Source: Sporopachydermia quercuum (Eukaryota). Taken from it: DNA of 64,000 nucleotides. The stretch's first letter is position 1; each line of letters opens with the position of its first letter. The translations under genes were made by a program, and so were the position numbers. The notes under the pieces are model-generated. The model made no database searches, was not told the DNA's origin, and saw only the letters and a program-made list of their open reading frames with translations. The DNA is taken from positions 1,922,001-1,986,000 of the forward strand of contig BCGN01000002.1 of the NCBI GenBank assembly GCA_001599295.1, written 5' to 3'. Shown piece after piece: positions 12,470-24,693 of this stretch.

Positions 12470-12540
12470 TGCGTCAGCCCGGAGTCGAACCGGGGGCTCT
12501 TCGATGGCAACGAAGAATTTTACCGCTAAACCACTAACGC
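12470..12540 (-). tRNA. tRNA-Gly(GCC)
   Basis: Reverse complement GCGTTAGTGGTTTAGCGGTAAAATTCTTCGTTGCCATCGAAGAGCCCCCGGTTCGACTCCGGGCTGACGCA folds as a cloverleaf and is followed by a T-run. Confidence 0.97.
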
Positions 12541-12995
12541 CTAATTGAGAAGTTTACCGTCAGGTTGTATATAATTCAGTAAAATATATAAATAAATTTA
12601 AGACATTAATGAAGAATTATATTAGAATTCTTACTCTTTTCCATTCTTACTCTTATTTATCCTAATAGGGTTCTCAATTTGTAAACCAGGATGGTCGGGA
12701 TTTTTATGTTAACATATGAGTATAAACATAGAATGTATGTGGCCATTAGCTTTAGATTCTTTCTTTCTTATTTACTCTATGAACGGATTTATAGCTAGAG
12801 CTGTAGAAATCTGTTTGAAAAGCTCGAATGTGCCAAACAACTGATCTATTCTCCTTGTACTATCTTCTTGTATATCGTTTAAACCAATACCACATTTATT
12901 ACTGCTACATTCTTATAGAAGCTCCAAAAATCCTTCCTTCAAATACATATTCAGTTCTCTCTATGTTCCTTTTAACTCTTCTCTAGTATAATTTC

Positions 12996-14162
12996 TCATC
13001 TAGCAGCATGCATGGCTACAACATTGGGCAACCCAAAACATTTATAATCCAGAATCTTAGCTTGATAACATAAGCCTTCAGTCTCTATTCCATCATAGCC
13101 TTCTTTCCTGTTCCATTCAGAACCTATCAAATAGAAAGGAGGAAACTGAATCCCCTGTGAGAATATCTCTGTTTTATAAAGCAACAATGCACCACCTACT
13201 GAGTCAAGTTCAACTGTATGTTTGTAGGCTGCCTCAGAATTGACTTCAATTGTATCATCAATCATATCTCTCAAAAATTTCGTTTTACCTTTAACGGGTC
13301 TCGGTTCGAAAAAGAAATCTTCCGAAGTTCTCATTTGTTCATAATCTTCAGCTGTTGGAGTTCTCCGTGGTCCGACCCAAGAATTCAAGTCATAATCAGG
13401 ATTTGATACTTGAGCTATACGTGGAACAACAATATCAAAATCTTCTGTAGTGACCCTTTTAAGAAAGTCACTTGGGACTTCGACTAAGTCATTATCGATA
13501 CTCAATACGAAAACTTCATCCTCAACTGCATGATTATGTAAAAAGTTTCTAGCTCTGGCAATTGTCCTTCGTCTTGTTTTCTGAATATCAGAAGAGTGCC
13601 TACCATTAGATTGTTCTTTCTCAAAATGTTTTTCGATAAATGGAGCATGGAGAAGTACAGCTCTAGTGAATTCAGCTTCCTGTAGTTCAGTACTGTAGAG
13701 TTCATCAAAGTAAGCGTTGGCTTCCTCAAATTCATCCTGATTTTTGAACAACAATCCCACAGATATACTGTTAGGCTCATAATCAAAAGACCTCATCAGA
13801 TCCAGTAATGATAAGAAATCTCTCCCATTTCCATAAGAATCTCGACCAGCAATAGAGCTAAGAATCATTACCTTCGGTGATTTTGATTCAGCTGTCTCTT
13901 TTATCCTATATTCATGTTTTCTATAACTATTAGAAGACTCAATGTATTTATAACCATAGAGGTGATCATCGATTTCATTTTTCCATGATTTGTTGCAAAA
14001 CTTAGCTGCAGATGCCTCCTTTATGTCAGTATATGACGGAATGCTAGCTGAGATGGTCTGGATTGACAATGAATTGATAAGAGCCAGTACCAAAACAAGT
14101 ACCAGAGTTAAACCCACAGAAAGAAGGAAGAATCCTTTCTTGCTGGATAATCGACTCCTCAT
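12996..14162 (-). CDS. Anp1/Van1/Mnn9-like (GT62) Golgi mannosyltransferase, type II membrane protein
   Basis: N-terminal TM anchor; 'RHSSDIQKTRRRTIARARNFL', DxD in 'IDND', 'YDLNSW', 'LDSVGG', 'IETEGLC'. Confidence 0.85.
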   Translation of the reverse strand: MRSRLSSKKGFFLLSVGLTLVLVLVLALINSLSIQTISASIPSYTDIKEASAAKFCNKSWKNEIDDHLYGYKYIESSNSYRKHEYRIKETAESKSPKVMILSSIAGRDSYGNGRDFLSLLDLMRSFDYEPNSISVGLLFKNQDEFEEANAYFDELYSTELQEAEFTRAVLLHAPFIEKHFEKEQSNGRHSSDIQKTRRRTIARARNFLHNHAVEDEVFVLSIDNDLVEVPSDFLKRVTTEDFDIVVPRIAQVSNPDYDLNSWVGPRRTPTAEDYEQMRTSEDFFFEPRPVKGKTKFLRDMIDDTIEVNSEAAYKHTVELDSVGGALLLYKTEIFSQGIQFPPFYLIGSEWNRKEGYDGIETEGLCYQAKILDYKCFGLPNVVAMHAAR

Positions 14163-14774
14163 TGCATTTGACTCCCCTGATACAAATATTGTTGATGCTT
14201 AAATTCTTGATCCCCCGAACTGTACTTCATTGAGTACTATCTGTACACTATCTTCTTGTTTCCCTAAGATATATAGATTCACGCCATAACGTTTCTATCA
14301 TTATACCAATTCACCACAATTCTTCAAGAAACATCAATTCAGCNTCTATTGATCAATTCAACTAGCCATCCTTTATATATGATTTCCTATTTTCAACTGA
14401 TTGATTTCAACATATGAAACGTTTGTTTGCCTTTAATCTCCATAATCTGACCCCTGTGGTTCGGATGAATTCCGTATCTCCAATTCTGTTGATCATCTTT
14501 TCCGTTTATATCGAACTTCCGATTTGTATTTTTGGGGGTGCTTCTCAAGAATACTTATCCTCCCCATTATTTCCTATCAGGGCATTTGTTTCCACAACAG
14601 ACTATTTTATTCCTTTCCGTTTCTATTCTTCTTTATTCATCCAGTAATTTGTGATTGAATACTAACTTGATTATTTACAATTAATCTTGCAATACAGTAA
14701 CAAATTAATGTCAGTTGGTATTAGAAATGTACCGATTAGTACCTCGAGGCAGTTGAATATATATTAACTAGAAA

Positions 14775-16418
14775 ATGGCAGAGGTTTCAGTTGGTACCAA
14801 TTATTCGGGAAATAAATCAGAACTGGCTTTAGAGGCATTTGAGAATGCTGTAGCCAAAGAAAGGGTCGGACTTATGTCTGATGCTGTTATGTATTATAGA
14901 AGAGCTTTTAAGGTGAGTCATTGATATCCCAGGTGGTGCTTGTGTTAGTACTCTATAAGCGTGGTTAACTAACAGGTTATCAATTAGCTTGACGAGAGAG
15001 TTGATAGACTGTACAGAGAAAGACACTACCCTTCACTAGCATCAGGAAAGAGTAATAGTACAGCAAAGTCATCGACTAAAATTTCTTCCACTGCAAAAGC
15101 TAAAGGAATCATTAAAAAGAATGATGGGTTTAACATATCTAAATCTGCNATAATATCTATCAATTTAAGGGATTTTGCTGATTCTCCTATACAACCAGAG
15201 CTCGAGTCTGAACCATTTTCAATCAATATTCTCCCTAACGAAATACTATCAGAGATTTTACAGAAATTGGCTAGAGATGATCCATCATCATTTGTAAAAG
15301 CTGGGCTAACTTGTAGGAGGTTTGCTTTTGCAGCATTTGGTTTACAAGACTGCTGGAGAGTGCTGTGTGAAGAGAAATACCCGTCTATGAGCTATTTCCC
15401 ATCATTTAAACTTCACAGCTTAGGTGAAGAAGAAGAAACCTTGTTACTTCCAGTTGAAGAGCCAATACGAACAGCTGTTAGTAGAGATAACAGAAATGGT
15501 GGAAATCCCCACGTTGAACAAAGACCTCAAAGAAGAGTGAATCTCTACTCAACCCACTCAGGTAGAGGTATATTTCGTCCTAGGTATGATCCAGAGAGTA
15601 TGAAGAGCATATGTGGAGATCAGAAAATAATGGTTCGCTATTACGGAAAAAATTGGAAAACAATGTATTTCACTCGCCCTTTCATAAAATTCAATGGCGT
15701 ATACATCAGCGTTGTGAANTATATCCGACAGGGCTTAAATATATCTGCTATCAACAAGCCCGTCCATATGGTAACTTATTATAGATACTTGAGGTTTTTT
15801 CGCAACGGCACCTGCTTAAAGCTACTTTGCACGCAAGAACCAAAAGTAGTACTACCGATTTTGAAAAATTGGGGTAGTAGTAATGACGAAAGTTTGATTG
15901 AATCAATATCTGAGGAACACAGAAACTCAGAGAATTTAGCTAGACTGTCTTTAAATTCAAGCGGAAGCGACACAGGAAGCGAGAACCCTTCTTTTTCAGG
16001 AGGCAACACCAATTATGCCACTATGCAAAGTCCAACTGATCCCGCTATCAGCATGAAAGATCAATCAAATCTTGCTGATGAAATAACATTAGCTAAATGG
16101 AAAATGGATCCTGATGGGAAGTTACTACAAATAGAGTCGTTGTTCAATTCAAAGGGAATGTCAAAGAGAAAATACAGAATAATCTTCGAGCTGGAAATCA
16201 AAGATCTGATTCATCATGGTAACCACTCGCGAGTAAGTTTTGGTAAACTATCATGGCTGAATGTGTATACTGTTGACTTACAGAACGAAGGTAATAGATG
16301 TGACATTGCAATGCATAATGAGAAATCATATACGTTTTCACTGGTGAAAAGCTATACTGACGATGATTCAAAAGGCCCTGAAAGTGGTTTAGTGGAGAAG
16401 GAGTTTGCATTGGAGTGA
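14775..16418 (+). CDS. HRT3: F-box protein Hrt3 (FBXO9-like); exons 14775-14912 and 14988-16418
   Basis: Intron 14913-14987 (GTGAGT...ACTAAC...TAG) joins 'MSDAVMYYRRAFK' to 'LDERVDRLYRE' in frame with F-box 'LPNEILSEIL' and with 'RPFIKFNGVYIS' and 'VTYYRYLRFF'. Confidence 0.9.
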
Positions 16419-16602
16419 ACAAATATGATTAGCTGATAGTACTTACGAATGACGATAAAGATATACATTGATTATGGAGTCTTGCTGCAGGATGTTACAG
16501 TATGTTTTCATGAAATCTTGGAAAGCAGTTTTGGGGCATTGACACAGTACATATTCTATTCTTTTTGATAGACCTAAGTAACAGTATTATTTGTTTTGTT
16601 AC

Positions 16603-16626
16603 ATTTATTTATTTATTTATTTATTT
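16603..16626. repeat. (ATTT)n microsatellite
   Basis: About six tandem ATTT units. Confidence 0.85.
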
Positions 16627-16730
16627 GTTCTTTTATTCGACAACTCTTAAATACAGTAGGTGATATTTCGGAAATCATATTTCGGAGAAGATGCATTAGA
16701 ATTATAACTTGTCAAATCCACCCAACACAG

Positions 16731-17288
16731 TTTCACATGCAAATTCTGCATTTGTCATGCTGTAGCTTATATGTTTCGAATTGCCAAAATCATTTGACCT
16801 CATTGTATGAGACCACATTACAAGCGCCTGGTGTATGTATAGTAAATCCGCTTAAGACTGCACAGCCAAAGATAGAAGCGGCATTAAAACTAAACGCTTC
16901 TGGACTTAGAATTTCACGAAGTTAAATCCAAATTATGTACTTATTTGATTATAACTGTTAATGAAAGATTCAAAAGATTTAGTTAAATCTCCAGTAAAAG
17001 TTCATTGGGGATCACATGCATGTCACTTTTTGTCCAATAGTTCAGATCACATTTGTCATAAATCAGTCCTCTTATACTCTACCTCAAAGCTCTCAATGGT
17101 TTATGTATTTAAATAGTCAAAACAAGGACTCTTGCTCAGTCATTTATCAATATATTTCCAGAAAACCTATATAAATATATATTCATTACTATCACTATTA
17201 CCATTCACCTCCAAAGCATAGCTTCACTTTCCTCCCTTCAACCCTAAACCACATGACAATATTGTGTCTCGCCATGTTTTTGCATGTG
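16731..17288. promoter_or_regulatory. Cluster of CACATG E-boxes (ICRE/UAS-INO-like) upstream of the INO2-like gene
   Basis: TTTCACATGC at 16731, TCACATG at 17012, CACATG at 17250, CATGTG at 17283. Confidence 0.55.
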
Positions 17289-17734
17289 ACGACATCTGAG
17301 CTCTTCTTTCCCTTTGGAAATTTCATTTCAACTCTTTCTTTGCTTCTTGCTTGTAAGTGCTAGATCATAGTGGCCTATCCATAAAACAGTAGCATAGCAT
17401 AAATAATATCGGAGATTAGTATATTTGGGTTGAAATCACATTATACAGTTGAAAACGAGAAGCCAGTTTCATCTACTAGACTCAAAAAAGTGTGCTGTGA
17501 ATAAATCATATATATCAACAAAGTTGAAGTTGGGTAGTTGCTAGCTAGCAAAGAACTAGCAATCACCATCTAGATATAACAAGACTTACTATTAGAAGCC
17601 TAAGTTACATTTCTATTACATACATTGAATCTATCATCGACCTCATTTTTCCCTTTGCTTTCTGCTAATAAGTGTCTGTACTAATACCTGACAGTTCAAA
17701 ACCCTGAGTACACAACACCGGTCGCTTTTCTCGT

Positions 17735-17761
17735 ATGCCAACGGAATGGAGCCTCAGATAG
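17735..17761 (+). other. Out-of-frame uORF overlapping the INO2-like start codon (MPTEWSLR*)
   Basis: ATG at 17735 lies 11 nt upstream of the main ATG (17746) and stops at the TAG at 17759-17761. Confidence 0.55.
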
Positions 17762-19749
17762 AATTTCCAACCGCGGGGAAAGCAAATAGCTCTAGTCAAG
17801 AGCTAATGTCACTATTATATGATCCTAGCAATATATTTGATCCCAAACGTGATATCGACTTAGATCAAGCTTATGCTGCTTTTCTAGAGCTTGATGCCTG
17901 CGAAACTTCTCATGATGGACACAGCATACCAAGCAGCATGGCAAGCAATGAACATCAAACGCCAGTTCAATCTTACTTTCAACCACGAGGGCAAAGCCAG
18001 AATAGTTTCAGTGGTCAAAATCAACTACAACTGTTAAATCAAAACAATCACCCTCCTTCTCAACAGAGTCAAACATTGTATACTGGTTNAGATTTACCAG
18101 GCATTGCTGATAGCGTTGTTGATAATAGAAGTATACCTAATAGGGTGGAACCTTTGAGAACATTACCTGCCCCTACTATGACTATTCAAGATCATCTAAA
18201 TACATCGTCACATTTCAAATATGCTTATCATGGTTTGGAATCTCTCCCTTCAACGAATCCTCCTTCTCCTGGTGATACTTCTCGTGGTGATGCTCGATCT
18301 AGTGTATTGTCAATAAGTAATAATGAGTCTTCTATCAGCAAAGCTGACACTGAAAGATTTCAACCTTTGCTAAGCGAGAAGGAAACTTTTGCTTTTACTG
18401 AGTTTCTTGATAATATAATGAAAGATGAATTACCGGCAAGAAAGAAGCATCAGAGACGAAGCACAGTGCAAAATTCAATCAAAAGTGCAACTAAAAGCTC
18501 AGCGAAAAGGAAGGCAAGACCGACGAGTAATGGGAACAATAATGAAAACATTGACAACAATAATAAAACTAGTAGCAGTAACAATAGAAACATCCAACAG
18601 AATGAAAGTACTGTTTTGCCATTCGGTAGTGACCGCGGATTTCAAAACGATGGGTACACCTTTGTTTCACCAGTGGCCAATAATCAAATAGGTGCTTCTT
18701 CCATATATCAACTGTTAGGAATAAGTAACCAACAAGGAATGATGAATGCACGTGGTGAGTCAATAAAAGACGTCGAAAAGAAAATCAAAGCAGATCGAGG
18801 CTGTAGTGACCACATCGAAACTATCGCACAATCCTTTCCAACTTATGATAAAAATCATGAAAAAATGAATCCCAACCTCAACCCACAGCATCAGTTCATT
18901 AATAATAATGCTCAAATCCCAACGATGTCAGCAGGTATAGTCAATCATATACCAGCATTATTAACTCCTCATGCGAATGATGGATTGAATTTATTGATGG
19001 CAGCTGCAAATTCGTCAACAAAATCAAATAATCCTTTATTGAAAGCTGTGTTTTCTCACCCTTTCAGTAACATCAAAGCACAAGCGTTATTTGATAAAAC
19101 ACCAGTAGGCAATCCTCATAACAATATGGATCTAGATGTTAATTCTGAAGCTATCGTTAGTTCTTCTAATGTGGATACTCACCATAACCTTCATTATAGT
19201 NATCCTGGCTCTAACTTAACAAACCAATATTCGCATTCACATTCACGTTCATATTCGCAGTCTGATACAAACTCGGCAAGTCCAGCTGATGGTACCTTAT
19301 CGCCATCTCCTTCTGTTAGTAACTCTAAAGATAAAAAGCTAGAGAAATCAAGCAATAAGAAAACAGGAAAACGAGAAAGAATGCTTACAGAAGACGAAAA
19401 ACGACAGAATCATATTTCAAGCGAAAAAAGAAGAAGAACACAAATAAAAGTCCAATTTGATACCTTATGCAAATTAGTGCCTTTTCTTGATGAATCAAGC
19501 CCTTTATATATGCCGCATCATTCACAGTCGAATTCTATAACGAATAGTGACTCAGATAATGGTAGTAAAGAGACAAACGAGAAAGAAAAGGTAAATAAGA
19601 AAGGATCAAAGAAACCAAATTCGAAGTGCGATATAGTTCATACAATTGCAGATTATTTGGAGTTTGTTGAGCAATGCAATAAGAAACTGAAGATGTTAAT
19701 GAATGATGCTGGTATATATACGATCGGGAATGGTAAATTGATTAAATAG
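17746..19749 (+). CDS. INO2: bHLH transcription factor, Ino2/Yas2-like
   Basis: C-terminal bHLH 'LTEDEKRQNHISSEKRRRTQIKVQFDTLCKLVP...SKCDIV'; Ino2-like 'LLSEKETFAFTEFLDNI'; 'FGSD.GF' motif. Adjacency to HRT3 fits pre-duplication gene order. Confidence 0.7.
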   Translation: MEPQIEFPTAGKANSSSQELMSLLYDPSNIFDPKRDIDLDQAYAAFLELDACETSHDGHSIPSSMASNEHQTPVQSYFQPRGQSQNSFSGQNQLQLLNQNNHPPSQQSQTLYTGXDLPGIADSVVDNRSIPNRVEPLRTLPAPTMTIQDHLNTSSHFKYAYHGLESLPSTNPPSPGDTSRGDARSSVLSISNNESSISKADTERFQPLLSEKETFAFTEFLDNIMKDELPARKKHQRRSTVQNSIKSATKSSAKRKARPTSNGNNNENIDNNNKTSSSNNRNIQQNESTVLPFGSDRGFQNDGYTFVSPVANNQIGASSIYQLLGISNQQGMMNARGESIKDVEKKIKADRGCSDHIETIAQSFPTYDKNHEKMNPNLNPQHQFINNNAQIPTMSAGIVNHIPALLTPHANDGLNLLMAAANSSTKSNNPLLKAVFSHPFSNIKAQALFDKTPVGNPHNNMDLDVNSEAIVSSSNVDTHHNLHYSXPGSNLTNQYSHSHSRSYSQSDTNSASPADGTLSPSPSVSNSKDKKLEKSSNKKTGKRERMLTEDEKRQNHISSEKRRRTQIKVQFDTLCKLVPFLDESSPLYMPHHSQSNSITNSDSDNGSKETNEKEKVNKKGSKKPNSKCDIVHTIADYLEFVEQCNKKLKMLMNDAGIYTIGNGKLIK

Positions 19750-20426
19750 TATTAGATTCTAGATGCAAGTTATTAGGATAATTATTGAGAAACTATGGTA
19801 ATGCTACTAGTGCTATTTCAATCTCTTTATTTGGTAATTGCTACATGCTGATATAGTTAATGATACTGGTTAATATTTGTGGTGTGATTTCCTTATTGCC
19901 ATCAAGTATTTTAATACCTGATTCTTATGGTTGATCTACTAGTAATATGATCATTACTATTATTGATAAGATTACAATTAGTGGTGAATGGTTACTTTCA
20001 ACCCAGCGAACAGCAGATATAGTTTTCCTATCATGGTTCTATACGCTCATTCAACACTAGTATTTATAATATTATCAATAACTACAAATTGGATACTATG
20101 CTTGGTATTAGAACTATCATATAATTGCTAGTACTTCGTCTATCATTAATATCAATGTTTTCAACTCATAACAACCTTGGAACTCAATTCAAAGAACTCA
20201 CCACTAATTCTATAGTTCTGCTATTAATTAGGTAGCCATTTTTCATAATAGTCTAGCTACAACACATTCATTGGCTACATCTCTTACTATTATGCTACTC
20301 ATTCAATTCTTGCTAGTTGAACCATATACATAATGTATAAACTAAGAACATATGATAACACATTATAAAATAGACTATATAGCTCGTAAAGTACCAGTAA
20401 TAATAGAAACTACTCCACGGTTTATA

Positions 20427-22877
20427 TTAACTATTGCTTTGTCTATAAAACAGAATATAAGCAGTTTTGGAGTTATCATCATAATAATTGGCTTTTCGTG
20501 ATCCACCCATATTACCATTATTATTGACGCTATTATTACTGCTGCCACCATTAGTATTAGTGTTGCTACCACTATTATTATTGTTACCACCATTGTTCAT
20601 GAATGAGCTCTTCTTTCTAGTAGATGCAGGTATAAAATCATCATCAGAATCCACCACATCTGGTTTCACGTTCGCCGGTGGACCAATAACCACACTCATA
20701 TTAGTGTCATCAATCCTTAACCATTTATTATTGTCTTGTTGCACATCTACTGTGTAATGGCCTCCTTCCGTTGTCATACCATGATGATAAACAACNCCAA
20801 ATAATTCATAACGTCTATTTCTTTTATCTTCCAGTAGTTTCTTTTTATTAGATGATAAACTTGATAACGGTATTTCCAAGGTGCTACCATAAGCAATCTT
20901 CTTCAATATTTTAACTGATTTGCCCATGATAAATGAATTATGAGTGTTAGATTCCATACTACCTGAAGATCCATTATTTGTAGAATTGGATGAATTGTTA
21001 CCACTTGAAGAAATTGAGCTGTTCTTACCCAATGATTGATCATTGACAAAAGTAAACCTTTTCAAATGAATAATTAGCACTTTTGGTAATTTATCAATAA
21101 AGTTTTGCTTTTCTGCTTGAACAGTTACGCCGGATGATGTTCTATAGTCTAATANCTCTGGCAACGATAATAACGTAAACGCATCTTCAATACTATTTAC
21201 TTTATCATCCGTAATATCCAAATGTAAATGTTGGAAAGGATCAAATGTGATGGATTTTGATTCCTTTTGGTTAGGAATAGATAAAATAGATTTGAAATTC
21301 CCAGTGAGTAAATAAGCAATTGGGGTTGGTGATACTTCTACTGTTGTTTTAGTAGCAATTTTAGTCTGTCGTTTACCAACTTCTTGCCAACCACCTTCAA
21401 CTTCTGAAAATGGTTCATGGCCTAATAGTTCATCAACAGAGGTATCAATTGATTCTGGATAAATCGAATTCTTAATGCCATCTTGCTCCTCTTTTGATAA
21501 ACTATTAATGGCGTTTGCCATTTCATCGTTTAATGCATCTAATAGGTAACCCAGAAATTCCTCAGCATCTTCTTGTTGTCCCCATACTAAGTGCTGGAAC
21601 CTTTGATGTGATACCAGTGATCTATAGAACTTATCTAGTTGAATTGGATCACCAGTTTTGATTTCATTCAATTCGCTCTTATGTCTTTCATCTTTCCTAT
21701 TCCCATTACTGTTGTTATTATTATTACTACTACTATTACCATTATTAATATTACCATTACTGCCATTATCGTTACCATTACCATTACCGTTTCTATTGGA
21801 AATATGTTCTTCATGTTCATTATGACTACCATCATTTTGACTTATGCTTTGTTTTGAAGATTGTTTTCTAGTTCCATTGACANCATCTTTTATTATAACA
21901 CCATCTCCTTTGACTTCATTATACGGTTTGAACTCTTCGAATAGGTCAACTAATGCATCTAGAATCGGTGTTGATGAGTTCGATATTCTACCAATAGTTT
22001 TATTGCCAATTAACGTTATCAGGTTATAAAAGGCTTCACAATGAACCAATATCTGTATAATTGAGTTCATAAAACATATACTGCCAGTGTTGATTAGTCC
22101 TCTTTCGACGATATCTAAATGTTTAGTGTTTTTCTTGCTGTACATGTACTTCACTAGCAGTATGCCTAAGTCTTTATCATGATTAGAGGTTCCTTTTGAA
22201 AGAACAGATGGTGTTTCATTGTTATTGTTATCACTATCATTATTAGTAGCAGTAGCGTTCTCGGAATTACTGCTATTGAAAGTGTCTTTTGAATTACTAT
22301 TAATCGACTGCGCAATAGTACCTGAACTAACATTATTATTCGTATTAGCAATTCCTTGTAAAATATTCTTATTGGTGGATATAGTTTTCGATTCAGCTGG
22401 TGCAGTTTTAAGTTGTAATCGTTCTGCCCACGATAGAGGTTTCTTTNGACGAGTATCATTCGAAGATGCATCTGGCTGAGTAGCAATAGACTGATTCTTT
22501 TCCTCAGGGGAGCTTGATGGTTCAGAAATTTTGGTAATAGATGTTATATTAGTACTAATAGTAGTGCTGGTATCGATATCAGGTTTCGATAATGATGGCT
22601 CATTTGAAGACAAGGAAATGGAACTCTCGTGCAAAGAACTTTTGGTTTTGGCTTCTTCAGTAATGCTGCTGCTACTACTATTACTTGTATCCTGCTTTTC
22701 AACATCAGATTCCGGCGGACTACTCGTTTGCTTCGTTTTGTTCTTCTCGAGAGATTTATTTAGCTTAAGTTCTTTGATCCTCTGTCGCCTTGATTCCTGA
22801 TATTGTTTGAAATCCTCTGGCGATGTGCCTATATAGATAGGCCTTATACGAACGAGTCGTTTGCTTTCACTTGTCAT
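20427..22877 (-). CDS. UBP3: Ubiquitin-specific protease Ubp3 (USP10-like)
   Basis: Cys box 'RGLINTGSICFMNS', 'GQQEDAEEFL', 'LIIHLKRF', His box 'HHGMTTEGGHYT', 'TAYILFY'; Asn/Ser-rich insertions. An extra 5' exon cannot be excluded. Confidence 0.92.
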   Translation of the reverse strand: MTSESKRLVRIRPIYIGTSPEDFKQYQESRRQRIKELKLNKSLEKNKTKQTSSPPESDVEKQDTSNSSSSSITEEAKTKSSLHESSISLSSNEPSLSKPDIDTSTTISTNITSITKISEPSSSPEEKNQSIATQPDASSNDTRXKKPLSWAERLQLKTAPAESKTISTNKNILQGIANTNNNVSSGTIAQSINSNSKDTFNSSNSENATATNNDSDNNNNETPSVLSKGTSNHDKDLGILLVKYMYSKKNTKHLDIVERGLINTGSICFMNSIIQILVHCEAFYNLITLIGNKTIGRISNSSTPILDALVDLFEEFKPYNEVKGDGVIIKDXVNGTRKQSSKQSISQNDGSHNEHEEHISNRNGNGNGNDNGSNGNINNGNSSSNNNNNSNGNRKDERHKSELNEIKTGDPIQLDKFYRSLVSHQRFQHLVWGQQEDAEEFLGYLLDALNDEMANAINSLSKEEQDGIKNSIYPESIDTSVDELLGHEPFSEVEGGWQEVGKRQTKIATKTTVEVSPTPIAYLLTGNFKSILSIPNQKESKSITFDPFQHLHLDITDDKVNSIEDAFTLLSLPEXLDYRTSSGVTVQAEKQNFIDKLPKVLIIHLKRFTFVNDQSLGKNSSISSSGNNSSNSTNNGSSGSMESNTHNSFIMGKSVKILKKIAYGSTLEIPLSSLSSNKKKLLEDKRNRRYELFXVVYHHGMTTEGGHYTVDVQQDNNKWLRIDDTNMSVVIGPPANVKPDVVDSDDDFIPASTRKKSSFMNNGGNNNNSGSNTNTNGGSSNNSVNNNGNMGGSRKANYYDDNSKTAYILFYRQSNS

Positions 22878-23930
22878 ATTTTGATGATGTATGGAAAAGT
22901 GGAGGTTGAATGCTGTGTTTGTTCAGAAGTAATTAATGGAGTGGACGAATACTTCTTAATTCTTGAAAGTGTTCTATACTAAATGAATAATGGATTAATG
23001 CTTAGGTTGGAATAGGCTTGCTGTTATTATTCTTGCTATTATTCTTGACATAAGTACTAATATTCACCGTGATTTTGATGCCAATTGTCATGACATTATA
23101 CTTTCCCTGATAAAATGAAGTATAAAATCAGGAATGGTAGTAGATAGTTAATGTAGAATAGTATACAATATGTTTATCCTTTAGTTGTTGAGCATATAGA
23201 ATACTGCCAATGTTTTCAAAAATTAATAGCTTTTGATCTGAAATGAAAGTAACATAAAACAAAAAGGCTGATAGTTCTATGTTTTCTCTTACTAGACTGT
23301 TGTATTTCGCCTTCAGGTCTTCACTCCTGGCGAAAAAAAGTGTTTAATGTTGATTAACTGGATTGTGAGTTGCAAGTTTCCTTTCTTTATGGTTAAAAAT
23401 GCGTTTTTTATTGATTTGATTCTTTCCAAGGTTCGTTCAAATAATCTATCAAAAACTTGTAGTCTGCGTTTTATTATTAATTGTTTTCTTTGTTCTTCTT
23501 TATGGGATTAGTCACGAGCTTAATGTGTTGTATTGATTGGTGGGTGTTCTTCCACAAGTTGCATAGTCAACCTTTCTATATTCTTTTGTTATGTTATAAA
23601 TTTCTAATTGCAGCTGCTGTTTCGATATCTGCAGGTCTGAAAATTTCCTTTAGATTTTCTATAGTTGAGAATACCATTCAGGTGATAGACAAATGTGTAC
23701 TATTTATGATAATAAATGTAATTGCCTATGATTAATCGCTTCTTGCCATAAGAAAAAAAGGTTGTTCTCAGATTTACACCCATCAGCCTTGTATTTAAAG
23801 TTTGGTGGATGCATGTTAATGCAGGAACATACATAGTATATGCATGATGATCCATTAACTGATACCCAATATGCGAAAGGTCGTTTGTTTGAAGAGAATT
23901 AAGAGTTGAAGTATTTCAAACTTGATACCG

Positions 23931-24545
23931 TTAAGTATTATTGTAGATATCATTGGTAAATTCAATTAACAAAGAAGCAACAAGATGTTCACAATGAATT
24001 TTGTTCTTCTCTCGTCGTTGTGGCTCAAATGGATTCGCGCCAGTTGTATGTTCCTGATGGTACAGCTTCCCAGTGAAACCAACACACTGACAGGCCCAGG
24101 TTCTTAAATCGCATATAGTAATTACTGATTCACTTGCAGAAAACTGTTGGTTTATATGATTAGTTGACATTGAACTTGTCGTAGCAGAAGAAAATATTGA
24201 AAGTGCCGTGTCAAAGGTGGTGCCAGGTGCACCGAAGTAATACAAAGAACTAAACAATTTACCATAGCCATTCTGTTCAATTAATTCTAAAGCTTTGAAA
24301 TATACCACAGGAAACAGAAATGCAAGAACAACTGAGTTCTTTTTCAACGTCTCAATATCTCCCTTATTTGGTAACTTCTTAATGCCGGTTGCCAAGTTCT
24401 TCCTATTGTAGCTTTTATTACTGTTATCCTGAATCTCTTCGTCATCCTTATCGCTGCTACTTTGAACCTGATGAGCTTTTCGTAACTCCACAGTCAAGCT
24501 TTTGAGTGTCTTGTGGACAACTTCATCAAAAGAATCTGTTGTCAT
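23931..24545 (-). CDS. SWIM zinc-finger protein, Shu2/Sws1-like (Shu complex)
   Basis: 204 aa with 'DLRTWACQCVGF...CEHLVASLL', a CxC-Xn-CxH SWIM signature. Confidence 0.65.
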   Translation of the reverse strand: MTTDSFDEVVHKTLKSLTVELRKAHQVQSSSDKDDEEIQDNSNKSYNRKNLATGIKKLPNKGDIETLKKNSVVLAFLFPVVYFKALELIEQNGYGKLFSSLYYFGAPGTTFDTALSIFSSATTSSMSTNHINQQFSASESVITICDLRTWACQCVGFTGKLYHQEHTTGANPFEPQRREKNKIHCEHLVASLLIEFTNDIYNNT

Positions 24546-24693
24546 GATAGATTGAAAACATTACCGTCAGTTTTATTCATATTAATGGGAATCTGGTTTG
24601 CTTTCAGTCAATAATAATACATTTATAATATTCTTCTATCAATAGTACGATCCTCTAGTAATAACAAAAAATAGTTGGATAACCACAAAGATA

